Of a DNA stretch of 64,000 bases, positions 47,962 through 57,928 are shown in pieces. Both the position numbers and the translations under genes were made by a program. Position 1 is the stretch's first letter; each line of letters starts with the position of its first letter. This stretch comes from Candidatus Enterousia sp. Lineage in GTDB: Bacteria; Pseudomonadota; Alphaproteobacteria; Rs-D84. The notes beneath the pieces are model-generated. The model did not search any database, had not been told where the DNA came from, and worked only from the letters and a program-made list of their open reading frames with translations. The stretch spans positions 14,407 to 78,406 of the forward strand of contig JAZRBB010000008.1 of assembly GCA_045634865.1 (NCBI GenBank), in the 5' to 3' direction.

Positions 47962-49116
47962 ATGAAGAGAGTTTTGCCGTTTATCATTGGAATATTCGCA
48001 TTCTTTGGTGTTGCAACCGCCAAAGAATATCGTGCTGCATTGGTTGCAGACATTGATTCAGGCCAAGTTTTATACCAAGAAAATGCAAATCAATTAAATT
48101 ATCCTGCCAGTTTAACAAAAATAATGACATTGTATTTAACATTTGATGCGCTGGAACATAAACGTTTGCGCTTGGACGATTATTTAATTGTTTCACAATC
48201 TGCTGCAAATGCCCAGCCTGTTAAATTGGGACTAACTGCGGGCAGCAAAATATCTGTGGAAGACGCGATAAAGGCGGTTGCCGTGCATTCTGCAAACGAC
48301 GTTGCGCGCGTTTTGGCTGAAAATCTGCAGGGTGGGAAAGAAGGGAACTTTGCAAATTTAATGACGCGTGTTGCGAATGAAATTGGTTTACAACAGACGA
48401 ATTTCGAGAATTCATCTGGCTTGCCAAATGATGACCATATGTCTACTGCACGCGATATTGCATTGCTGTCTATGGCTGTATATAAACATTTTCCGCAGTA
48501 TTGGAAGTATTTTGGTATAAAATCTTGGACTTATAATGGTAAAACATATACAAATGGAAACAGGTTGTTGGCTGATTATCCTGGATGCGACGGTATGAAA
48601 ACAGGGTTCACAAATAAATCAAAGTATTCTTTGGTTGCAACTGCAAAACGCAATAATAGACATTTAATCGCTGTTGTTTTGGGTGCGGATAACAAAGATG
48701 TTCGTGCAAATGTCGCAACAAAACTGCTGAATCTTGGGTTTAATAAAATCGGTCAAAATGTTTCTGATTACAGTTATCAAAATGATACACATGTTGTTGC
48801 TGCCAATGCAAATAATCCGATGGCAAAATATGCCCAAGATGCGCCAAAATATAATACGGAATATTCAAATGGACCAAGTAGCGCAAAAGTATATTCATCT
48901 GGTTCTGCTGGAGTTCAATGTGGTGCGTTTTCATCGTATGATTCTGCTACAAATCAGGCGAAACGTGTTAAAGGCGCGACAGGTTTGAATACGAACATCG
49001 AAAAAAATGACAGCGGTTTGTATCGTGTTCGCATAAATGGCTTGTCTGAAAGTGCAGCACAGAATGCTAAAAATACCGCTTCCAATCATGGTATAGATTG
49101 TTATATATTTCATTAA
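47962..49116 (+). CDS. dacA: D-alanyl-D-alanine carboxypeptidase (S11) with C-terminal SPOR domain
   Basis: YPASLTK (SxxK), SAND, KTG; C-terminal VQCGAFSS...YRVRING. Start is 47950 or 47962. Confidence 0.88.
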   Translation: MKRVLPFIIGIFAFFGVATAKEYRAALVADIDSGQVLYQENANQLNYPASLTKIMTLYLTFDALEHKRLRLDDYLIVSQSAANAQPVKLGLTAGSKISVEDAIKAVAVHSANDVARVLAENLQGGKEGNFANLMTRVANEIGLQQTNFENSSGLPNDDHMSTARDIALLSMAVYKHFPQYWKYFGIKSWTYNGKTYTNGNRLLADYPGCDGMKTGFTNKSKYSLVATAKRNNRHLIAVVLGADNKDVRANVATKLLNLGFNKIGQNVSDYSYQNDTHVVAANANNPMAKYAQDAPKYNTEYSNGPSSAKVYSSGSAGVQCGAFSSYDSATNQAKRVKGATGLNTNIEKNDSGLYRVRINGLSESAAQNAKNTASNHGIDCYIFH

Positions 49117-49128
49117 AGATATAGACAA

Positions 49129-49719
49129 ATGAATATAAAGATAGAAAAACTTGTTAAACAATTTGCAAAGTTGCCACGTGTCGGAACGCGTGCTGCAACG
49201 CGTATAGTTTTGGCTTTGTTGCAGGATAAATCAGGCAAGGCTGAATCTTTGGCATCCGCATTAATGGATGCAGCGAATACAATTCATCCATGTTCCAATT
49301 GTGGTGTTTTAACCGACCAAGATGTTTGTGAATATTGCTCTGATATGACGCGTAAAAATGGACAATTGTGCATAGTTCGCGATTTATCAGATGTTGTGGT
49401 TTTGGAAAAATCTGGCGTGTTTCATGGACGTTATCATGTGCTGGGTGGAAATTTATCTGGTGTTTCTGGGGTTACGCCTGATGATTTAAATATTGCAACA
49501 ATTCCAAATCGAATTAAATCTGAACAAATATCCGAAATAATTTTCGCTCTGCCAAATACGGTGGAGGGTAAAACCACACAACAATATATAATATCTGTGA
49601 TTGGTAATACTGGTGTTGATTTTTCAGAATTGGCATCTGGTGTACCACTTGGTGGTGATTTAGATTACATAGATGATGGCACATTGACTTTGGCTTTTGG
49701 GGGGCGCAAGAAATTATGA
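49129..49719 (+). CDS. recR: Recombination mediator RecR
   Basis: LPRVG, C4 zinc finger CSNC...CEYC, YHVLGG, TVEG, GVPLGGDLDYID. Confidence 0.95.
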   Translation: MNIKIEKLVKQFAKLPRVGTRAATRIVLALLQDKSGKAESLASALMDAANTIHPCSNCGVLTDQDVCEYCSDMTRKNGQLCIVRDLSDVVVLEKSGVFHGRYHVLGGNLSGVSGVTPDDLNIATIPNRIKSEQISEIIFALPNTVEGKTTQQYIISVIGNTGVDFSELASGVPLGGDLDYIDDGTLTLAFGGRKKL

Positions 49720-50549
49720 CAAATAAAATTGAATCTTTGCCACCTGTATCTGAAATGATGCGCGAATCTGGATTAGAACCAAAGAAACAATTTGGTCAGA
49801 ATTTTTTGTTTGATCTGAATTTAACTGGTCGAATTGCGCGTTCTGTACCTGATATAAAAAATACAGTTATTGTAGAAGTTGGACCAGGTCCTGCGGGTTT
49901 AACACGCGCGCTTTTGATGGCTGGTGCAAAACGTGTTATTGCGATTGAAAAAGATAAAACAACAGAAGCACTTTTATCAAAATTGGTTGATGCATCAGAT
50001 GGTAGGTTGCAAGTAATTTTTGGTGACGCATTAAAAACAGATTTGAAAGAATTGGACAAAGACGGTTATGCAGTATGTTCTAATTTGCCATATAATGTTG
50101 GGACAGAATTATTGATAAATTGGTTGCATGAAATTGCAATGGGTAAAAAAATCAAATCTTTGACATTAATGTTTCAACGTGAAGTTGCTGAACGCATTGT
50201 CGCAACACCAAATAACAAGCAATATGGGCGTTTGTCTGTGTTGGCGAATTTAATTGCAGATACCAAGATTTTGTTTGATGTTCCAAATACAGCATTTGTT
50301 CCACGACCCAAAGTGCAGTCTGCAGTTGTGCAAATTATACCAAACAAAAACAAAATCAAATTGATAAAAGATATTTCTAAATTGGAAAAACTGACCGCTA
50401 AGTTATTTGGTCAAAGACGTAAAATGATACGTGGAATAATAAAAATAAATTGGGCAGATTATGGTTTGTCTGGTACTGAACGTGCAGAAGATTTGCCACC
50501 TGAATTATTCTTAAAAATATCAGGCAACATAGACGCAAATTTGTTATAA
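49716..50549 (+). CDS. rsmA: 16S rRNA adenine dimethyltransferase
   Basis: KKQFGQNFL, EVGPGPAG, SNLPYNV, MFQREVA, YGRLSV, FVPRPKV. Confidence 0.96.
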   Translation: MTNKIESLPPVSEMMRESGLEPKKQFGQNFLFDLNLTGRIARSVPDIKNTVIVEVGPGPAGLTRALLMAGAKRVIAIEKDKTTEALLSKLVDASDGRLQVIFGDALKTDLKELDKDGYAVCSNLPYNVGTELLINWLHEIAMGKKIKSLTLMFQREVAERIVATPNNKQYGRLSVLANLIADTKILFDVPNTAFVPRPKVQSAVVQIIPNKNKIKLIKDISKLEKLTAKLFGQRRKMIRGIIKINWADYGLSGTERAEDLPPELFLKISGNIDANLL

Positions 50550-50582
50550 TGTAAACATAAGAAAAAAACGGAGAGAGAAAAA

Positions 50583-52286
50583 ATGCCATTATCCACAGTT
50601 ATATTTCTTGCAATCGCATTTGGTGCAGTATTTTTTATGCGTTTATTCAAAATGGGAACATTGTTAGCGTTCTTGTTGACCGGTATTTTAGCAGGCCAGC
50701 ATGTGTTTGGATTATTTGAATTGTCTGGGACATGGACTTTTCTGGGTGATTTAGGAATTATGTTTTTGTGGTTTAATATTGGATTACAAATCAATATGAA
50801 ACGTCTGTGGCAATTACGCAGAACTATTTTTGGACTTGGTGCATCTCAGGTTTTAATGGTTGCTATTATGTTATTTCCTGTATTGGTTGGAATAACATCT
50901 TGGACTTTGATTGGAACAATAATGGTTGCCTTGATTCTTGCAATGTCCAGTACATCAGAAGATTTGCAAATTTTGGTCGAAAAAAATCAATTGCAGACAA
51001 ATATGGGACGTCAGACATTTTCAATTTTGCTGTTCCAAGATTTGTTATCAATTCCTTTGTTGGCAATGTTGCCGGTAATGACAGGTAAATCAATAAATCT
51101 GGGTGCAACAGCAATCGATGTTTTGGTTATGTCTTTAGGGTTAATACTGGGGGTTATAATTGTTTCTAAATTTATTATCAACCCACTAATGCATATCGTA
51201 TCTAAAATAAAATCCCAAGAGGCTTTTGTCTTGGCGATAATGGTGAATATTGTGGTTTGGGCATTGGTTCTGCAAAAACTTGGTATGCCACCTGCGCTTG
51301 GTGCTTTCTTGGCTGGTATGTTGATGTCCGAAACAGTGTACAGGCACCAGGTAAACGCTTCCATAGAACCATACGCAACATTATTTTTGGCTTTCTTTTT
51401 CATAGTGCTTGGTATGGGATTAGATATTCCTTTTTTAAGAGGACATTATGCTACTATTTTAATAGCGGTTGGCGGATTGGTATTGATAAAGTTTTTTGCA
51501 TTATATATCGTTGCGCGTGTTCGACATGTATCTGCCAAAGATGCAACCTTGATGTCTTTGATATTGGCTCAGGGCGGTGAATTTGGCTTGTTGATTTTGC
51601 AGACAATGAAAACAAACGGAATAAAAGCAATCCCAGCCGAGCATCAGGAAATTTTAATTGCCGTCATTGTTGTTTCTATAATGATAACACCGATATTGTT
51701 GTTCGTTTATGATTGGCTATTACGGCATGGCAAGATATTTAAGGGACCAGTAGACAAAAATTTATCAGAATCAATGATACAAGAGGCGCCAGTTGTTATA
51801 ATATCTGGGTTTGGTCGTATGGGACAAATAATCGCGCAAATGCTCGAAATTGCAAAAATACCATATGTCGCTATTGATTCAAATGTTGATGAAGTTATTA
51901 TGGCGCGTGAATCAGGTTATAACGTGATATATGGCGATTCAAGAAGAAAGGGGATTTTAGAAGCCGCTGGATTCAAACCAAGCAAAACACGTGCAGTTGT
52001 GGTTGCGGTAAATAATGAATCTATTGTTCGTGATATCGTAGAAACATGGCGTTCTATATCGCCACGCATAAAAATATTTGCACGTGCGCATAATCTGAAA
52101 TCTGCAAACGATTTGATAAAAATGGGTGTGAAATCTGCGATGCCTGAAATCATTGAATCTTCATTTCTTTTGGGTGATAAACTTATGTCTGGTTTGGGTT
52201 TGTCGCGCATAAAGATAAACTCTTTAGTCGAAGATTTGCGTGCAAATAATTATGCAAATGTTAAACAGCCAATCGACACAAAATAG
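50583..52286 (+). CDS. kefC: CPA2 cation/proton antiporter with KTN domain (KefB/KefC-like)
   Basis: LLFQDL, LGAFLAG, LAQGGEFG, GFGRMGQ. Confidence 0.85.
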   Translation: MPLSTVIFLAIAFGAVFFMRLFKMGTLLAFLLTGILAGQHVFGLFELSGTWTFLGDLGIMFLWFNIGLQINMKRLWQLRRTIFGLGASQVLMVAIMLFPVLVGITSWTLIGTIMVALILAMSSTSEDLQILVEKNQLQTNMGRQTFSILLFQDLLSIPLLAMLPVMTGKSINLGATAIDVLVMSLGLILGVIIVSKFIINPLMHIVSKIKSQEAFVLAIMVNIVVWALVLQKLGMPPALGAFLAGMLMSETVYRHQVNASIEPYATLFLAFFFIVLGMGLDIPFLRGHYATILIAVGGLVLIKFFALYIVARVRHVSAKDATLMSLILAQGGEFGLLILQTMKTNGIKAIPAEHQEILIAVIVVSIMITPILLFVYDWLLRHGKIFKGPVDKNLSESMIQEAPVVIISGFGRMGQIIAQMLEIAKIPYVAIDSNVDEVIMARESGYNVIYGDSRRKGILEAAGFKPSKTRAVVVAVNNESIVRDIVETWRSISPRIKIFARAHNLKSANDLIKMGVKSAMPEIIESSFLLGDKLMSGLGLSRIKINSLVEDLRANNYANVKQPIDTK

Positions 52287-52342
52287 ATATTATATTTGAT
52301 TTTGTAATGTGTAATTGCTATATTGCAAAAAATCAGGGGTAA

Positions 52343-52915
52343 ATGATGAAAAAGTTTTGGAAATATATAGCAGTTATATTAATCGCATTTTGTGCAGATT
52401 TTTTCTCGAAAGCAGGATTGCTTGGCTTTTTAGCAGCAAAATACGGTGACATGGTTTATGACCCTGCTAAAATATGTGCTAAATGTCATATCGAAGGAGT
52501 ATTTGTTTCCTGGAAATATATATTGGGTGGTGATTACGGTTTATCCAATTTATTTAATATACAGTTTGTTTGGAATCGTGGAATATCTTTTTCAGCATTT
52601 AATTCTGTTATGCCTGTGTTGTTAAGCATTATTACTGCGATAATAATCGCATATCTGTTATATTATTTATTCAAGAAATCTTTTACATATGAAAGATTGC
52701 CGATTGCCATGATTATCGGTGGCGCGTTGGGAAATCTGGTGGACAGAATTCGTTTTGGCGCAGTTGCAGATTTTATACAATGGCATATTGGTGGGCTGTG
52801 GCGTTTTCCTGCTATATTCAATGTGGGGGATATATTTATAACGTTTGGTGTAATTCTGTATTTGATAAATATGTTTGTACACAGAAGACGTTGTTTGCGT
52901 AATATCAATAAATAA
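52343..52915 (+). CDS. lspA: Lipoprotein signal peptidase
   Basis: WNRGISF, IIGGALGNLVDR, GAVADF, FNVGD. Confidence 0.92.
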   Translation: MMKKFWKYIAVILIAFCADFFSKAGLLGFLAAKYGDMVYDPAKICAKCHIEGVFVSWKYILGGDYGLSNLFNIQFVWNRGISFSAFNSVMPVLLSIITAIIIAYLLYYLFKKSFTYERLPIAMIIGGALGNLVDRIRFGAVADFIQWHIGGLWRFPAIFNVGDIFITFGVILYLINMFVHRRRCLRNINK

Positions 52916-52925
52916 AGGAAAAACA

Positions 52926-54482
52926 ATGGTAAAATTTTTAGATAATAATAGTGGTTTTAATCAGTGGAATGCTATGAATTCCAATAAAAAGCAACCTAAA
53001 TCTATGGGATTTTTTGGTTGGTTAGTGACGATTTTCTTGGCCTGGTGGATTGTTGGTCTGTTTGTTAAACCAAAGAATACAACTGTTGAAAACACCGCAC
53101 CAGTTGTTATTGAAAAATCGTCCGTTGCAACGAACACAATAAATGCAGACCATATATCCGCCGATGTCCAAGGGTTGCGTATATCTAATATCTCGTTAAA
53201 GGGTTATAATAAATCGTCCAAAGACAGCACGCCTGTTTCATTGCTGGACGCTGAAAATAATTTTATAGAAGTTGGATTTGTATCTGCTGATACGCAAACC
53301 CCAAACATAAATACAAAATGGACAATTGATGCGAATAACAATATGTCTTGGAACAGTAATGCCAAGGTTAAATTTAATCGTGATATATCTATTGCAGATT
53401 ATGTGTTGCGCGTATCAGACACAATTAAAAATAATTCTAACAAAGAAATAAATGTTGCGCCATATGCACGCGTTGTGCGTGGTGTTTCTGATAAAGTATC
53501 CAGTGCGATTGAAACAGGCGGTGTTGTTTATGCTAATTCCAATTTGGATTATGCGAATTGGGCAAAGTTAAATAAAAAATCATATGCTTTTTCCACAGTG
53601 CGTGGGTATTTTGGTTTTGCTGAACAATATTGGGAAACAGTTGTCTCGCTGGACACAAATGACCAAACAATCAGCCTGAAAAAAAGCGGTGATTCTTATT
53701 TTGCAGACAGCAATGCTGCACCTGTGAAAATTGGGGCAGGGCAATCGGCCACAATCGACACATATATTTTTGCAGGTCCGCGCGTTGGAAAAATATTGGA
53801 TAAAGCGTCTGAAAATATTCCGAATTTATCAAAGACTATGGATTACGGTTGGTTCTGGTTTTTTGCTCAGCCAATGTTATGGATGATAAATTGGTTGTTT
53901 GCGATGGTGGGCAATTATGGAATCGCTATTATTTTAATGACTTTGATTTTAAGATTGTTGATGTGGCCATTGACGCGTAAGTCTTATGCGTCCACTATTA
54001 AAATGCAACAAATGCAACCTGAATTGCAACGTGTCCAAAAACTGTATGCAAATGACAAAGCGCGTATGCAAATGGAAATGATGAAGGTGTATCAATCGCA
54101 CAAGACATCACCAATGGCAGGGTGTTTGCCAATGCTGATTCAAATACCAATATTCTTTGCGTTGTACAAGGCTTTATTGATATCTGTTCCAATGCGCAGT
54201 GCAAAGTTTTTGTGGATATCAGATTTGGCTGCGATGGATCCATATTTTATATTGCCGATTTTGATGGGCGCAACAATGATGTTGCAACAATATCTGCAAA
54301 GCCCGAAAACAAATACAAATGGAAATGATGCGGTTGCATCAACACAAAAGGCTATGAAGTGGATGCCAATAATATTCACAGTAATGTTCGCATGGATGCC
54401 TGCTGGATTGGTGTTATATTGGACTATGTCAAATGTGTTCAGTATATTCCAGATGTATGTAATAAAGAAAACAAATAAATAA
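52926..54482 (+). CDS. yidC: Membrane protein insertase YidC
   Basis: DYGWFWF, GNYGIAII, MQPEL, GCLPMLIQIP, DPYFILP, PAGLVLYW. Start moved to ATG 52926. Confidence 0.94.
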   Translation: MVKFLDNNSGFNQWNAMNSNKKQPKSMGFFGWLVTIFLAWWIVGLFVKPKNTTVENTAPVVIEKSSVATNTINADHISADVQGLRISNISLKGYNKSSKDSTPVSLLDAENNFIEVGFVSADTQTPNINTKWTIDANNNMSWNSNAKVKFNRDISIADYVLRVSDTIKNNSNKEINVAPYARVVRGVSDKVSSAIETGGVVYANSNLDYANWAKLNKKSYAFSTVRGYFGFAEQYWETVVSLDTNDQTISLKKSGDSYFADSNAAPVKIGAGQSATIDTYIFAGPRVGKILDKASENIPNLSKTMDYGWFWFFAQPMLWMINWLFAMVGNYGIAIILMTLILRLLMWPLTRKSYASTIKMQQMQPELQRVQKLYANDKARMQMEMMKVYQSHKTSPMAGCLPMLIQIPIFFALYKALLISVPMRSAKFLWISDLAAMDPYFILPILMGATMMLQQYLQSPKTNTNGNDAVASTQKAMKWMPIIFTVMFAWMPAGLVLYWTMSNVFSIFQMYVIKKTNK

Positions 54483-54506
54483 AAAATGCCCAAACGGGCA
54501 TTTTTA
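54481..54506. terminator. Bidirectional terminator between yidC and the convergent gene
   Basis: AAAAAATGCCC-AAAC-GGGCATTTTT. Confidence 0.8.
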
Positions 54507-54848
54507 TTTTTGGGTTATATGTTTCAGCAAAGAATCAGGCATCTGTATTTTTATATTTTTGATTCCACAAGCACGTTTTGTAAATTGAACACAGTTTATC
54601 GGTTTTGATTTTATTGCGCATTCTGGGGCAAATTTGCAAGCGTATTTAACAAATTTCCAACCATATTGTTGAAGTACGGTTAAATCGCGTTTTTTTATAG
54701 GTATCAAGACAACTTTATTGAACCGAACAAATTGATACATGATGCATTTATTTTTTGTTATCAAGATTGGTGCAACATGCCGATATTTTTTGCATAAAAT
54801 TTTTGCGCATAGTTTATTGGTTTTTGTTGAAAAGCCGATATATATCAT
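54504..54848 (-). CDS. Hypothetical basic protein, possible permuted papain-like fold
   Basis: His motif YRHVAP precedes Cys motif INCVQFTKR, followed by P-x-x-L; the H-before-C order is typical of permuted NlpC/P60 proteins. Confidence 0.55.
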   Translation of the reverse strand: MIYIGFSTKTNKLCAKILCKKYRHVAPILITKNKCIMYQFVRFNKVVLIPIKKRDLTVLQQYGWKFVKYACKFAPECAIKSKPINCVQFTKRACGIKNIKIQMPDSLLKHITQK

Positions 54849-54915
54849 AATGAAACCTTTGCGTATATTATTATATTCTGATTTATTCCCTCTATCCATA
54901 AATCAGAACACCATT

Positions 54916-55266
54916 TTAATCTATTATCCAGCCTTTATCATGTGCGGCTTGTTCCAACGTATCCATAGCAGATTTCCACAAAGCCGCCGATTTATTTTCA
55001 GAATAAATATATTGGTGTGGTGCACGTCTTTTGTCGCCGAACTTTTTCATAACATTTAATTGTTCTTCTGATAATTTTCCAGACAAATACAATTTGGTAA
55101 TCAAAGTTTCAACATCTAATAATTCACAAGGTCTGTTCGTGTTTGCATAATGGTGTACAAAACCATTTTGTGCAGATTTAGAATATAAAAACCAAAACCA
55201 CAATTGTTCAGCATTCTGAAATTGTTCAGTCATATTCATATTGTTATCATGTAATGTGTTTAACAT
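54916..55266 (-). CDS. Conserved-looking hypothetical protein (AEQLWFWF...RPCE...LW...KG)
   Basis: Strong AAAGGAG RBS; Trp-rich conserved-looking motifs; function unknown. Confidence 0.75.
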   Translation of the reverse strand: MLNTLHDNNMNMTEQFQNAEQLWFWFLYSKSAQNGFVHHYANTNRPCELLDVETLITKLYLSGKLSEEQLNVMKKFGDKRRAPHQYIYSENKSAALWKSAMDTLEQAAHDKGWIID

Positions 55267-55452
55267 TTTGTTTTTCTCCTTTGGTTATTAAAGTTATTTT
55301 GTTTATCGCATTGTTATTCAATGCAATAAAATCTAGACTAAAAATTGAATTATGTAAAATGATACAACTATAAATAGAAACGCGAATCGGAAAACCGATT
55401 CGTAATAGGTTTTTGTTCTTATACAATCGAATCGGTATATTTTATGAAATTG

Positions 55453-55478
55453 AAAAAATCCGCAATTGCGGATTTCTT
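55453..55478 (-). terminator. Terminator of the virB8-B9-B10 operon
   Basis: AAATCCGC-AATT-GCGGATTT with T6 on the minus strand, immediately after the virB10 stop. Confidence 0.75.
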
Positions 55479-55480
55479 TC

Positions 55481-57922
55481 TTATTCCATTGTTATCGGTG
55501 GGAAGCAATCACCACCAGTATCTGGACAACAATTGAATCCTTGTTCACCCATATCTGTATAGGTTTCACCTGTGCAACAACCATTTGCATCAGGGGCAGA
55601 ACCATCGTCGCATGTTAATACCGCTTCTTCTGGTGCAGCGCTTGCAGGCTTAGCAAATGGGTTTAATATCGTTTCGCCATCATCTGCATATTGTAAACCC
55701 AATACTTCTTGGTTATATGCTTTTTGTTGTTCTGTGGTGCCAGTTTTATCCCATGATTTAGTCGCATCGTTATATTGGGTTCCGCCATATTTTTGTTCCG
55801 CGGCCGCTTCCACACTTGCACTGTATGCAGCGCTTTTTGCGTTATTCTTTGCTTCGTATGTCAAAGATTCGCAGAACATTAATACAGTTCTGTAATCATA
55901 ACCAGATTTCATCCAGTTTCCCGTTGGTTTCAATTTCCCATTCTTTGATTTTGGATCTTCTTCACAGTATTCTTGTAAATCCCATCCACGAACCTGACCA
56001 ATCCAAGATGAATCTTTCGGATTAATTTTGACATTAGCTTTCAAATCGTTCCATTTACGACGTGGGTTGGGTGAGAGTGTTGAAAATTCACATTTTTTAT
56101 TGTTATTACCACAGGATGCAATCAAATCCACAGGTGAATACACATTTATACGTGTTCCCGCTGGAATCGAAAATGGCGGTACAGTATTATTTATTGCATC
56201 AAAAACCAATTTGTTAGTGATTTTATTCCATTGATTTATTATTTCTTGTTTAGCCATTTCAGATGAACGAATTGTCCCAGATTGAACAACTGTATTGTTA
56301 TCCAGGTTTATTTGATTCACAAAAGTATCAGCGATTGGCGCAATTAAATTGACGGCGGCTGGTACCATTGCTGTCAATATTGGCATAACCATTTGTTCCA
56401 CATAATCTGTACTGCCACGACCTGGGACCCCAACACGACCCTGGGCATCGCCAGAATATGGGTCTTGGCCACCATCAAAATTAAATTCAACGCCATCTGG
56501 ACGAATAAACTGATACCATTTAATATTCATACGACCAAAAGATTGATAAGGTCCAGGCAATTCACCATCCAAATATCCCATCAACAACGTTCCTGTGGGA
56601 ATGATAATTGTTCGGCCATTATCTGAATATACATTTCTGTCCACTGTGGCACGCACAGGAATACTGTGATTTTTTGACGAATCACACTCACCATTTGTGC
56701 AACCATAAACACTAGCATCTGCACGAACTTCTGAAACAATGGTTGCAGGAATCGGCTTGAACTGACGCAATATAAAACTTCTGTCGTACGGTTTGGAAGA
56801 CACAACACTTTCGCCATCTTGTGAAGAACCACGATATTTATCTTCATCTTCTTCTGTGTTCCAGCCAGCTTCTTCGCTTAATTTTTTCATGCCGCCACTG
56901 CTCCACACCGCATTTTCAAATTGACCATTTGATGCGACTGCAGATGTACCAATTGGTGCAGATAAATTCGGTAAAGTCAAACCACGATTTTTTATGTTTC
57001 TGTATCCAATATGGTCTGCATCAGTCCCGATTCTTGAACCATCTTTCAATGATGTTATCACACCTGTTGACCAATCATATTTACCTGTTGGATTGGAACA
57101 ATCTTTGTCTGAAAATGGGTAAAAATAATTTGCGCCCCCAGATGGTTTTATCCAACCAATTTGTGTCCCAGATTGATTATACCCCGGAATCGCAAAATCA
57201 GAACATTTTTCAGGTGGCAACATAAATTCAGGCTCTGGTTCTGGTTCAGCAAACGCAACAGCCGGTGCAACCATTTCAATCGTTTTTGGTGCTTCTGGTT
57301 CTGGCTCCGGTTCTGGTTCTGGTTCAGGTTCAACCACAGGTTCGGGCTCAGGCTCTGGTTCAGGCTCAACCACTGGTTCTGATTCTTTCACAGGTGTTGG
57401 TTCTGGTTCTATTTCTACTATTGGCTCTGGTTTTGCAAAAGCACTGAATGTGACCGGTATTTTTTTTGTTTGTTTATTTGTTTCTTCTTCTGGTAAATAA
57501 TAAGAAATCACCAAAGACGCGTTTGTTTTAGATTGCTTTGCGCTTGGGGTATATTCCACAATCATTGTACATTCATCAGAAACCAGACCAGAACAATCAT
57601 TCACATCAATTGTCCAACTGTCTTTTGCTTTATCAATTTGTGCTTCTGCGATATTAACGTCGCCAGTAACAATAATTTTCAATTTTTTCTGCAAAGTTTC
57701 GCCTGCCTGGACATCGATGAAGTCTAACTGTTTTGGATCAAAAGCCCACTCTATGGGTTTTGTTTCGACAACTGTTTTTTCCTTTTTACCACCATAATAT
57801 TTTTGCAGTACCAAAGTTAACAAAATTATCACGACAACAAAAGCAGCAACCAACAACAACCATTGAATATGCTTTGGTGTTGTTGTACGAAATTCTTCAA
57901 ATTGCTTTTTTATACTTTTCAT
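55481..57922 (-). CDS. virB10: VirB10/TrbI-like T4SS core protein with extra Ig-like, Pro-Glu linker and Cys-rich domains
   Basis: N-terminal TM; [57 protein letters not shown] and [10 protein letters not shown] are TrbI-type motifs. Confidence 0.88.
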   Translation of the reverse strand: MKSIKKQFEEFRTTTPKHIQWLLLVAAFVVVIILLTLVLQKYYGGKKEKTVVETKPIEWAFDPKQLDFIDVQAGETLQKKLKIIVTGDVNIAEAQIDKAKDSWTIDVNDCSGLVSDECTMIVEYTPSAKQSKTNASLVISYYLPEEETNKQTKKIPVTFSAFAKPEPIVEIEPEPTPVKESEPVVEPEPEPEPEPVVEPEPEPEPEPEPEAPKTIEMVAPAVAFAEPEPEPEFMLPPEKCSDFAIPGYNQSGTQIGWIKPSGGANYFYPFSDKDCSNPTGKYDWSTGVITSLKDGSRIGTDADHIGYRNIKNRGLTLPNLSAPIGTSAVASNGQFENAVWSSGGMKKLSEEAGWNTEEDEDKYRGSSQDGESVVSSKPYDRSFILRQFKPIPATIVSEVRADASVYGCTNGECDSSKNHSIPVRATVDRNVYSDNGRTIIIPTGTLLMGYLDGELPGPYQSFGRMNIKWYQFIRPDGVEFNFDGGQDPYSGDAQGRVGVPGRGSTDYVEQMVMPILTAMVPAAVNLIAPIADTFVNQINLDNNTVVQSGTIRSSEMAKQEIINQWNKITNKLVFDAINNTVPPFSIPAGTRINVYSPVDLIASCGNNNKKCEFSTLSPNPRRKWNDLKANVKINPKDSSWIGQVRGWDLQEYCEEDPKSKNGKLKPTGNWMKSGYDYRTVLMFCESLTYEAKNNAKSAAYSASVEAAAEQKYGGTQYNDATKSWDKTGTTEQQKAYNQEVLGLQYADDGETILNPFAKPASAAPEEAVLTCDDGSAPDANGCCTGETYTDMGEQGFNCCPDTGGDCFPPITME
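57230..57435. repeat. Degenerate hexamer repeats encoding the (PE)n linker of VirB10
   Basis: GGTTCT/GGCTCT/GGTTCA runs encoding [25 protein letters not shown]. Confidence 0.85.
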
Positions 57923-57928
57923 AGTTTT

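Noticed and set aside
57230-57435. Tandem short repeats as a possible CRISPR or VNTR locus
   Set aside because: In-frame degenerate hexamers encoding the Pro-Glu linker of VirB10; no constant repeat-spacer pattern and no cas genes.
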